The position numbers and the translations under genes are program-made. From assembly GCF_965233445.1 (NCBI RefSeq), contig NZ_OZ247491.1: a stretch of 64,000 bases of DNA; one strand, given 5' to 3'. The stretch is from Hoeflea sp. GTDB lineage: Bacteria > Pseudomonadota > Alphaproteobacteria > Rhizobiales > Rhizobiaceae. Below are positions 25,933-33,723 of the stretch, one piece after another. How positions within the stretch are numbered: the stretch's first letter is position 1; every line of letters starts with the position of its first letter. The notes under the pieces were generated by a model. It made no database searches. It saw only the letters and a program-made list of their open reading frames with translations, and was not told the origin of the DNA.

Positions 25933-26014
25933 CAAATTCGATCTCTCGACGGAGAATCGACTCAACGGCCTTAACCAGACCGCCAAACCCGTCTTTCTCG
26001 TCTGTCGTCGTCAT
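25826..26014 (-). CDS. Small protein in the EIEIT-gene position of U3 (motif not conserved)
   Basis: The 5' UTR, SD and first codons are nearly identical to the 18745-18933 copy. The body has diverged. The 3' end overlaps the effector gene by 107 nt. Confidence 0.35.
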   Translation of the reverse strand: MTTTDEKDGFGGLVKAVESILRREIEFAKPDDLGFLEAQVPYIATQVVRACVANQKGEKARV

Positions 26015-26089
26015 AGGAAACTCTCCGTTTCCTTGACGCACCTACCGGCCTGTCACGCCGCCGAATCATGCCTTTTCGATTCTGGTACG

Positions 26090-26120
26090 TCAAGTATATA
26101 ATTAGGAAAATAATCCTTGA
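26090..26120. repeat. Junction palindrome P4 (left arm + spacer + truncated right arm), right edge of the island
   Basis: TCAAGTATATAATTAGGA-AAATAA-TCC then TTGACGG. The right arm looks like the consensus with 11 internal nt missing. Confidence 0.85.
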
Positions 26121-26501
26121 CGGCGTCACGGTCCTTTGGTAGGGTTATGTCATCGTCACAGAGTTGCGCCGGTGGGGCGGCGGTTCAGCCGTCCGTTTGA
26201 CGGTTCGGGGCTTGGGCTTCGAACCGGAAGGATCGGTGGAATTGATCCGGGGTGCCCGGTCTTGCGGGTTGATCCGTGGCAGGGTCCGCGAGAGACGAAA
26301 ACATGATGGAAATGCGCCAAGCGCCTCTGGTTCGTCCAGGGCGCTTTTTTGTTGGCCGAAAGCCGGCGCGTCCGGTGCGGCGACTGGGTGTTGAACCGCG
26401 TCGGATGGCCGCGCACTGGCTGCCGGTTATCGCTTGCCCGTGACCGGCGCGGCTGGGGCCGAGCGTCCGGCCGGACGGGCCAATTGAAACGAGGATTGAC
26501 C

Positions 26502-27218
26502 ATGACCGAAAGCCTCAATGCGGCCTCGCACGGCGGGGTGTGTCTGGAAGCTTCATTTCCGGTGCCCGGCGGCGGGATGGTTCCGGCGCAAGAGGCCGTG
26601 CTGATCGACCGGCTGATCGATCTGCTTCTGGCGGTCGAGCCGTTCGAGGTGAAGCAGGGCGATACCGGGCGGTGTGCCGAGGGAGAGGGCGGCGAGGATG
26701 CGCCGTCCGGATGTGCGGCGGACACAGCCCCGCCGGAGATGGATGCGCCAGGGCCAGCGACCGGCAGCAACGACACGAGCGCAACCGGCGACATCATGGC
26801 GAAGCCTTCGGCCGAAAGCACGCGGGCGATGCTGGGCCGGATGCGCGCCGTGCTCGACCGTGAGGCGGCGCGGCTGGGCGAGGACGGGCTGGAAGGCAAG
26901 GCAGCGGTCGACCAGGTGGCGCTGATCGCCCGCACGCTCGAGAAGATCGACCAGATGGAACGGCTGATTGCCGAGGACTCGCACCGGGCCTCCGGCGAGC
27001 GCCTGAGCGGCGAGGAGCGCGAACAGATGCGCCGGACCGTGCGGCAGCTCATCCTGTCAGCCGCCGAACGGATGGTGGCGGAACGCGCCGCCCAAGTTGC
27101 GCCCGATGGCGCGGCGGCTGGCGATGGCGATGCGGCGGAAGGCGGAGCAGGTGAGGTGATGGAGTCTTCCGACCCGGCAGACGCCGGGCCGCTGGATCCC
27201 GGATCTTGTCCGGGATGA
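26502..27218 (+). CDS. Hypothetical acidic protein at the head of the GTA cluster (position of RcGTA g1)
   Basis: First ORF of the cluster on the correct strand. No motif recognised. Function is inferred from position only. Confidence 0.35.
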   Translation: MTESLNAASHGGVCLEASFPVPGGGMVPAQEAVLIDRLIDLLLAVEPFEVKQGDTGRCAEGEGGEDAPSGCAADTAPPEMDAPGPATGSNDTSATGDIMAKPSAESTRAMLGRMRAVLDREAARLGEDGLEGKAAVDQVALIARTLEKIDQMERLIAEDSHRASGERLSGEEREQMRRTVRQLILSAAERMVAERAAQVAPDGAAAGDGDAAEGGAGEVMESSDPADAGPLDPGSCPG

Positions 27219-27553
27219 CGGAGGCAGGATGGCCGTGAGCTCACCACGGACCCGTGCGGTGACGCGGCGGGCAGGGTGCTTTCGGCACGGCTGGGTTTCT
27301 TGAACGGATAGCGAAAGGGTGCGGCATGAGCCTGCGGTCGATGACGATGGCGCTCAGGGGCACTGTCTGGGCAGACCCTGTGCCCGGGTTCTGCGTTCCG
27401 GTCCGAAACCTGCTGGCGTGCGGGCAGGTTCTTGCGCCAAGGATTGCGGAGCATGTGCCTGTCGGCGCCACGGAAAGAGGCAGCGGGGATACGGCATCGC
27501 TGTCCTGCCCGAATGCAATGAAAAACAAGGGCTTCGGCAGCTGTCATGATTCA

Positions 27554-28870
27554 ATGTCGCAGTCCGGCGGGCCGGGCGCTGCGGCAGGCGTGCCGGATCT
27601 GCTTGCCCACCATGTCGGGCGGTTCGACGACCGGGCGCTTTTTGCCAGTGCCCATGACTGGCAGCTCCTGGCGCGGCCCGAGCAATTGCCGCCCGAAGGC
27701 GACTGGCGCACCTGGCTGCTGATGGGCGGGCGCGGCTCCGGCAAGACCCGGGCCGGAGCCGAGTGGGTGCATGCGATTGCCACCGGCGATCTGCCGGGGC
27801 TCGGTCCGGACGGGCGCATCGCGCTGGTGGCCGAAACCTTCGGCGATGCGCGCGAGGTGATGATCGACAATGTGTCGGGCATTCTCGGCGTGGCGCGCAC
27901 CGAACGGCCCGCCTTCGAGGCGACGCGGCGCAGGCTGGTCTGGCCCTCGGGCGCGGTGGCGCAGATGTTCTCCTCGGAAGATCCCGAGAGCCTGCGCGGG
28001 CCGCAATTCTCGCTCGCCTGGTGCGACGAGCTGGGCAAGTGGCGCCATGCCCGCGAGACCTGGGACATGCTGCAATTCGGCCTGAGGCTCGGCTCGTCGC
28101 CGCGCCAGATGGTGACGACCACCCCGCGGGCGACGCCGCTGATGCTGTCGCTGGTGAAGGACGCCACCACGCGGATGACGCGGATCAGGACCGCCGACAA
28201 TGCGGCGAACCTGGCGGGCGGCTTCATCGAGACGGTTCGCGCACGCTATGGCGGCACGCGGCTCGGACGGCAGGAGCTCGACGGCGAACTGATTGCCGAC
28301 CGCGAGGACGGGCTGTGGCGGCGCGACCAGATCGAGGCGCTGACGGTGCGGGGTCACGGCCCGCTGTCGCGCATCGTGGTGGCGGTCGACCCGCCGGCCT
28401 CGGGGGAGGCGAAGCACTCCTGCTGCGGCATCGTGGCGGTCGGGCTTGACGGCGATGGCCGCGCGGTGGTGCTGGCGGACGGGTCGGTGGAGGGCGCGAG
28501 CCCCTCGGGATGGGCGGAAGCCACGGCACGGCTCTACCGGCGCTTCGACGCCGATTGCGTGGTGGCCGAGATCAACCAGGGCGGCGACATGGTGACGAGC
28601 GTGCTCAGGACGGTGGAGCCGACGCTGCCGGTCAGGACCGTGCGCGCGACGCGTGGCAAGTGGCTGCGCGCCGAGCCGGTGGCCGCGCTCTACGAGCAGG
28701 GCCGGGTGGTCCATGCCGGGCACTTCGCGGCGCTGGAGGACCAGATGTGCGATTTCGGGCCGGACGGTCTCAGTTCCGGGCGGTCTCCGGACCGGCTCGA
28801 CGCGCTGGTCTGGGCGCTGACCGAATTGCTGCTGGCACGCAGGAGCGAGCCGCAGGTGCGGCATTTGTGA
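27554..28870 (+). CDS. GTA/phage terminase large subunit
   Basis: Walker A LLMGGRGSGKTRAGAEW. Size and position match RcGTA g2. Start chosen at the ATG at 27554. Confidence 0.85.
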   Translation: MSQSGGPGAAAGVPDLLAHHVGRFDDRALFASAHDWQLLARPEQLPPEGDWRTWLLMGGRGSGKTRAGAEWVHAIATGDLPGLGPDGRIALVAETFGDAREVMIDNVSGILGVARTERPAFEATRRRLVWPSGAVAQMFSSEDPESLRGPQFSLAWCDELGKWRHARETWDMLQFGLRLGSSPRQMVTTTPRATPLMLSLVKDATTRMTRIRTADNAANLAGGFIETVRARYGGTRLGRQELDGELIADREDGLWRRDQIEALTVRGHGPLSRIVVAVDPPASGEAKHSCCGIVAVGLDGDGRAVVLADGSVEGASPSGWAEATARLYRRFDADCVVAEINQGGDMVTSVLRTVEPTLPVRTVRATRGKWLRAEPVAALYEQGRVVHAGHFAALEDQMCDFGPDGLSSGRSPDRLDALVWALTELLLARRSEPQVRHL

Positions 28871-28956
28871 ACGCGACCCAAGGGGGGCGTCATGCCGGAC
28901 TTGAGAGAGACAAGCGAAGCGACGTCGTAGCTCCGGCGTGACGGAGAGGATTTTCA

Positions 28957-28986
28957 CCCCGCCGGGTCGCCTCGGCGGGGTTTTTG
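28957..28986 (+). terminator. Hairpin + T-tract between terminase and portal genes
   Basis: CCCCGCCG-GGTCGCCT-CGGCGGGG followed by TTTTTG. Confidence 0.45.
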
Positions 28987-29014
28987 ATTCCGGACCTTTG
29001 AAGGGATGTGAGAC

Positions 29015-30208
29015 ATGGCATTCGGATTGAAGCTTCCCTGGAGCAGAGCGGATCGGACCCGTGCCACGGTTCCCGTGCCTCCGGCCACCAAGAGCTGGCT
29101 GCCGGGCGCGCTGGCGGCCCTTTCGGGCGGGGAGGGTGCGCAATGGAGCGGCCGCTCCTATGCCGCGATGGCGCGCGAGGGCTTCATGAAGAACCCGGTC
29201 GCCCACCGCGCAATCCGCATGATCGCCGAGGCCGCGGCGTCCGTCCCCTGGGTTGTGTTCGACGGCGCCCGCGAGCAGGACCGGCATCCGGTGCTGGATC
29301 TTCTGAACCGGCCCGATCCGGCGGGCGCGGGCAACGTGTTCTTCGAAGCGCTTTACGGGCATCTCACGCTTTCGGGCAATGCCTGGATCAATCCTGTCGG
29401 CACCGGCGGGCGTCTGGCCGGGCTGCAACTGCTGAGGCCCGACCGGATGCGGGTGATCGAGGGACCCGACGGCTGGCCGGTCGCCTATGAGCACCAGTCG
29501 GGCGCGCGGCGGCAGAGGTTCGCGGCCCAGCCCGTGGAGGGGCCGGGGCTGCTGCACCTCAAGCTGTTTCATCCGCTCGACGATCATCTCGGTTTCGCAC
29601 CGCTCGAGGCGGCGCTGATGGCACTCGACCTGCACAATGCGGCGATGGGCTGGAACAAGGCGCTGCTCGACAATTCCGCCCGGCCCTCCGGCGCGCTGGT
29701 CTACCAGCCGAAGGAGGGCGGCAACCTGACGCCGGAACAGTACCAGCGGCTGAAAGCCGAACTGGAGGACGGCTACCAGGGGGCGCGCCGCGCCGGCCGC
29801 CCGATGCTGCTCGAGGGCGGGCTCGACTGGAAGGCCATGGGGCTGACGCCGCGCGACATGGATTTCGTCGAGGCCAGGAACGGGGCCGCCCGCGACATCG
29901 CGCTCGCTCTGGGGGTGCCGCCGATGCTCCTGGGCATCCCCGGCGACCTGACCTATGCCAATTACCAGGAGGCGAACCGCGCCTTCTGCCGGCTCACCGT
30001 GCTGCCGCTGGTGGCGCGCACGGCGCAGGCGCTGACCGCCTGGCTGCAGCCGGTCTACGGCGCGGGACTGAAAGTCGACTATGACGCCGACCGGCTGCCG
30101 GGACTTTCCTCCGAGCGCGATGCGCTGTGGGCGCGGCTCGGCGAAGCCGATTTCCTGAGCGATGAAGAGAAGCGGGAAGCTGTTGGATATCAAAGTGTTG
30201 CGGGATGA
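29015..30208 (+). CDS. Phage portal protein, HK97 family (RcGTA g3-like)
   Basis: 397 aa, with motifs such as NPVAHRAIRMIAEAAASVPW and GVPPMLLGIPGD. Confidence 0.85.
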   Translation: MAFGLKLPWSRADRTRATVPVPPATKSWLPGALAALSGGEGAQWSGRSYAAMAREGFMKNPVAHRAIRMIAEAAASVPWVVFDGAREQDRHPVLDLLNRPDPAGAGNVFFEALYGHLTLSGNAWINPVGTGGRLAGLQLLRPDRMRVIEGPDGWPVAYEHQSGARRQRFAAQPVEGPGLLHLKLFHPLDDHLGFAPLEAALMALDLHNAAMGWNKALLDNSARPSGALVYQPKEGGNLTPEQYQRLKAELEDGYQGARRAGRPMLLEGGLDWKAMGLTPRDMDFVEARNGAARDIALALGVPPMLLGIPGDLTYANYQEANRAFCRLTVLPLVARTAQALTAWLQPVYGAGLKVDYDADRLPGLSSERDALWARLGEADFLSDEEKREAVGYQSVAG

Positions 30209-30281
30209 ACCGGATTCAGACCGGCAGCAAGTTGAATCAGAATCTGAGCCCGTTCGTCCGAAGAATTCCGGAGGAAGACCG

Positions 30282-30602
30282 ATGCAGATCCTGGGACCGG
30301 ACCCTTCGCTGTTTGCCGCCCGCGTGGCCGGCGCCGTGTGCGGGGCGCTGGTCTCGCTCGCCTACATGATGCCCCGGGGCGCCCGCGAAGCGGCTGCACG
30401 CGCCGTGGTCGGGATCGCCTCCGGGCTGGTGTTCGGCGGTCCGGCGGGCGTGGCGCTGAGTGAGCGCATGGGCGTGACCGAACTGCTCACGCCCGACGAG
30501 ACCGTGCTGATGGGCTCGGCGGCTGCGAGCCTTGCGGCCTGGTGGGTGCTGGGCGTGCTCACCCGGGTCGCCGACCGGGCAGGGCGCGGACCCGGCGCCT
30601 GA
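30282..30602 (+). CDS. Small membrane protein (DUF6107-like, RcGTA g3.5 position)
   Basis: Hydrophobic 106-aa ORF between the portal and protease genes. Confidence 0.5.
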   Translation: MQILGPDPSLFAARVAGAVCGALVSLAYMMPRGAREAAARAVVGIASGLVFGGPAGVALSERMGVTELLTPDETVLMGSAAASLAAWWVLGVLTRVADRAGRGPGA

Positions 30603-30678
30603 ATTGTCCGGTCGGCACTGCCTTCCAACGCTGCCCCGCCGGCGCTGGCGAGAATTCGACATCAACAAGGACACCACC

Positions 30679-31371
30679 ATGACAACGGACTGGAGCGCAT
30701 CCGGCCGGCAGCGAAAGCGCGTCGACCTGGCACTGGAAGATGTAAGCGGCGACGGCAGCTTTTCGGGCTATGCCAGCCTGTTCGGAGCCATCGATCTCGG
30801 CCGCGACGTGATCGAACCCGGCGCCTTCGCAGCCTCGCTGAGGCGGCGGGGCCCGAGCGATGTCCGCATGCTCTACCAGCATGATCCCGATCAGCCGATC
30901 GGCCGCTGGCTGGCGATCCGCGAGGATGACCGCGGCCTGCACGTCGAAGGCAAGCTTTCGCTCGGAGTGGCGCGCGCCCGCGAAGTGCACGAACTGATGA
31001 GATCCGGCGCGCTCGACGGGCTATCGATCGGGTTTCAGACCCTGCGCGCGCGCAACGAGGCGAAGGCCGGCATCCGGCGGATCCTCAGTGCCGATCTCTG
31101 GGAGATCTCGGTGGTCACCTTTCCCATGCAGCCCGGAGCCCGGGTGACGGCGGTGAAGACCGCGCCGGGCATCATCGCCCCGACCAAGCGCGAACTCGAA
31201 CGCCGGCTCACGCGGGATGCGGGGCTGACACGACGCCAGGCGCGCGGGCTGATCGCCCGCGGACACGCAGCCCTTTCGGAACGGCGGGATGCCGGGCCCG
31301 AAGATCTCAAGCGGCTGGAGACGCGGCTGCGAGACTTGACCCGGTCGCTCACCCCGGCGGCCGGACCCTGA
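30679..31371 (+). CDS. HK97 family prohead protease (g4-like)
   Basis: GYASLFGAIDLGRDVIEPGAF, YQHDPDQPIGRW and LSIGF motifs. Confidence 0.85.
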   Translation: MTTDWSASGRQRKRVDLALEDVSGDGSFSGYASLFGAIDLGRDVIEPGAFAASLRRRGPSDVRMLYQHDPDQPIGRWLAIREDDRGLHVEGKLSLGVARAREVHELMRSGALDGLSIGFQTLRARNEAKAGIRRILSADLWEISVVTFPMQPGARVTAVKTAPGIIAPTKRELERRLTRDAGLTRRQARGLIARGHAALSERRDAGPEDLKRLETRLRDLTRSLTPAAGP

Positions 31372-31398
31372 CGGGCCGCAAGGCCGTCCCGATACCGA

Positions 31399-31473
31399 GA
31401 CATCCGACCCCAAGAAATCCGACCCCAAGAAATCCGACCCCATGAAATCTGACACCATGAAATCTGAAAGGAC
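31399..31473. repeat. 15-bp tandem repeat x5 immediately upstream of the capsid gene
   Basis: The copies are GACATCCGACCCCAA, GAAATCCGACCCCAA, GAAATCCGACCCCAT, GAAATCTGACACCAT and GAAATCTGAAAGGAC. Confidence 0.9.
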
Positions 31474-31480
31474 CAGACGA

Positions 31481-32725
31481 ATGACCATCCAGACCAGACC
31501 GCTGCAGGCGCCCGAACGCAAATCCGTCGACGCCGACGTGGCCGAAGCCTTCGAGAGCTTCATGACGGCCTTCGAGGAGTACAAGCATCACAACGACCAG
31601 CGCATCGCCGACATCGAACGCCGTGGCAGCGCCGATGTCCTGACCGAGGAAAAGATGGCCCGCATCGACCGCTCGCTCGATGAGCAGAAGCAGGCGCTCG
31701 ACCGGCTGATGGTCAAGCAGGCGCGGCCAGGCCTTGGCGGGACCGGAGGCCGCGAGGCGTCCGCTGTGCGCCAGGCGTTCGATGCCTATGTGCGGCGCGG
31801 CGACGAGGCGGCGCTGCGCCAGGGCGAGCTGAAGGCCATGTCTGTCGGCAGCGATCCTGATGGCGGATACCTGGTCCCGGACGAACTCGACACCGAGATC
31901 GGCCGAAGGCTCTCCGAACTCTCGCCGGTGCGCTCGATTGCAACGGTCCGCCAGGTCTCGGGCGCCGTGCTGAAGAAGCCCTTTGCACTTGATGGCATGG
32001 CGACCGGCTGGGTTGGCGAGACCGACGCACGGCCGCAGACTTCGACGCCGCAGCTTGCCGAACTCCAGTTTCCGACCATGGAGCTTTACGCCATGCCGGC
32101 CGCCACCGCCTCGCTGATCGAGGATTCTGCGCTCGACATAGAAGGCTGGATCGCGGCCGAGGTGGAGGCGGCCTTTGCCGAGCAGGAGGGCGCGGCCTTC
32201 GTAAATGGCGACGGGGTAAACAAGCCGCGCGGCTTCCTCGACTACCCGAGCGTTGATGATGCGACGTGGAGCTGGGGCAATCTCGGCCACATCGCCACCG
32301 GGGCAGCCGGCGGCTTCGGCGCGGAACCCTCGGATCGGTTGATCGAGCTGATCTATGCGCTGAAGGCCGGGCACAGGCAGAACGGGCGGTTCGTGATGAA
32401 CCGCAAGACCCAGAGCCAGATCCGCAAGTTCAAGGACGCAGACGGCAACTATCTCTGGATGCCGCCGGCGGGCGCCGGACAGCAGGCCTCGATGATGGGC
32501 TTCCCCGTGGTCGAGGCCGAGGACATGCCCGACATCGCCGACGGATCAGCCTCCATCGCCTTCGGCGACTTCCGCCGCGGCTATCTGGTGGTTGACCGGA
32601 CCGGCGTCCGTATCCTGCGCGATCCCTATTCGGCCAAGCCCTATGTGCTGTTCTACACCACCAAGCGCGTCGGCGGCGGGGTGCAGAACTTCGAGGCCAT
32701 CAAGCTGATGAAGTTTGCAGCCTAG
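31481..32725 (+). CDS. Phage major capsid protein, HK97 family (g5-like)
   Basis: N-terminal scaffolding-like coiled region and an HK97 fold-type C-terminus. In-frame ATGs at 31442 and 31457 are alternative starts. Confidence 0.85.
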   Translation: MTIQTRPLQAPERKSVDADVAEAFESFMTAFEEYKHHNDQRIADIERRGSADVLTEEKMARIDRSLDEQKQALDRLMVKQARPGLGGTGGREASAVRQAFDAYVRRGDEAALRQGELKAMSVGSDPDGGYLVPDELDTEIGRRLSELSPVRSIATVRQVSGAVLKKPFALDGMATGWVGETDARPQTSTPQLAELQFPTMELYAMPAATASLIEDSALDIEGWIAAEVEAAFAEQEGAAFVNGDGVNKPRGFLDYPSVDDATWSWGNLGHIATGAAGGFGAEPSDRLIELIYALKAGHRQNGRFVMNRKTQSQIRKFKDADGNYLWMPPAGAGQQASMMGFPVVEAEDMPDIADGSASIAFGDFRRGYLVVDRTGVRILRDPYSAKPYVLFYTTKRVGGGVQNFEAIKLMKFAA

Positions 32726-32821
32726 ACCACCGTCTCGCGAATTTCATCACGGCGGTCCCGCCCCGTTGCCTCCCCGGCGGCGGGACCGCCCCTTTCTGAA
32801 TTCTCTCCGCCGGAGACTGCG

Positions 32822-33388
32822 ATGACCCTGATTGAGACCGAGCCGCCGCTGGCGGAGCCGGTGACGCTTGCCGATCTGAAGGCCCACATGCGCATCGACC
32901 TCGACGACGAGGATGCGCTTCTGGACAGCCTGATCCGCGTCGCCCGCGCCCATCTCGAGGCCGTGACCGGAACCGCACTGATGCCGCGCGGGCTGAGGCT
33001 GATCCTGGACGACTGGCCCGAGGGGCCGGTGATCGAGCTTCTGAGAACGCCGGTGCAATCCATTGATGCGATTCGTGTTTACGACATCGACGGCACCCCG
33101 CATGAAGTCGCCGCGGACGGGTGGCTGCTCGACGCCACGGCCCGGCCCGCGCGGTTGGCGGTCAGGGAGCGGCTGCGGCCCGGCCAGCCGATCAACGGCG
33201 TCGAGATCGAATTCACCGCGGGCTTTGCTTCCGCCAACGAGATACCGCCCGAACTGGTCCGGGCAATCCTGCTGCACGCCGCATATCTTTACGAATTCCG
33301 AGGCGCGGTGTCGGCGGACATGCAACCCGCGGCCATCCCGGCAGGTTACGAGCGCCTGATCGGGCCCTGGATGCGGAGGGCCCTGTGA
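32822..33388 (+). CDS. Head-tail connector (gp6-like adaptor, g6-like)
   Basis: Size and position fit. LADLKAHMRIDLDDEDALLDSLIRVARAHLE is a typical gp6-like N-terminus. Confidence 0.75.
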   Translation: MTLIETEPPLAEPVTLADLKAHMRIDLDDEDALLDSLIRVARAHLEAVTGTALMPRGLRLILDDWPEGPVIELLRTPVQSIDAIRVYDIDGTPHEVAADGWLLDATARPARLAVRERLRPGQPINGVEIEFTAGFASANEIPPELVRAILLHAAYLYEFRGAVSADMQPAAIPAGYERLIGPWMRRAL

Positions 33389-33723
33389 TGGCCGAAATGC
33401 GGCTCGACCCGGGCCGCCTGAGCGCGCGGCTCAGGCTTGAGGCCCCTGCGGATGAGGACGATGGCCAAGGCGGCGTAAATGGTGGATGGACCACAGTCGC
33501 CGACCTGTGGGGCCGGGTGGAACCGTTGCGCGCCACGCCGCGCGAGGAGGCCGGGGCGGTGATCGCGCCGGTCAGTCACCGGGTCACGATCCGATACCGG
33601 CAGGATGTGGGCCACCAGATGCGCTTCGTCTTTCGCGGTCGTTCGCTCCTGGTGCACGCGGTCCGCGATTCCGACGAGAGCCGCCGCTATCTGATCTGCG
33701 ATTGCGAGGAGACCCGACCATGA
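33388..33723 (+). CDS. Head-tail adaptor / head closure protein (g7-like)
   Basis: The ATG overlaps the upstream TGA (ATGA). 111 aa in the expected position. Confidence 0.7.
   Translation: MAEMRLDPGRLSARLRLEAPADEDDGQGGVNGGWTTVADLWGRVEPLRATPREEAGAVIAPVSHRVTIRYRQDVGHQMRFVFRGRSLLVHAVRDSDESRRYLICDCEETRP

Larger units (their letters stand above)
23850..26107 (+). mobile_element. Unit U3: IS1595-family element with cargo genes
   Basis: A perfect 27-nt terminal inverted repeat, TCCTAATTATATACTTGACGTACCAGA, lies at 23850-23876 and in reverse complement at 26081-26107. Flanked by AAATAA on both sides. Confidence 0.7.

Noticed and set aside
19009-26120. Integron-like cassette array with the palindromes as attC sites
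   Set aside because: There is no integron integrase (or any tyrosine or serine recombinase) in the window. The palindrome halves pair with unit-specific inverted repeats at the far end of each unit. Each unit also encodes its own DDE transposase, so abutted IS ends explain the structure better.
26156-27547. 463-aa ORF on the - strand upstream of and across the first GTA genes
   Set aside because: It is Ser/Pro/Arg-rich and low-complexity, and it overlaps plus-strand genes that fit the cluster. It has no SD and no motif.
27551-30193. 880-aa ORF on the - strand
   Set aside because: It is antisense to the terminase and portal genes, which have recognisable motifs. It has the typical R/P/G-rich composition of a GC shadow ORF.
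31021-31584. 187-aa minus-strand ORF containing DFMVSDFMGSDFLGSDFLGSD
   Set aside because: The peptide periodicity is the reverse translation of the 15-bp tandem repeat. The ORF is antisense to the protease and capsid genes.
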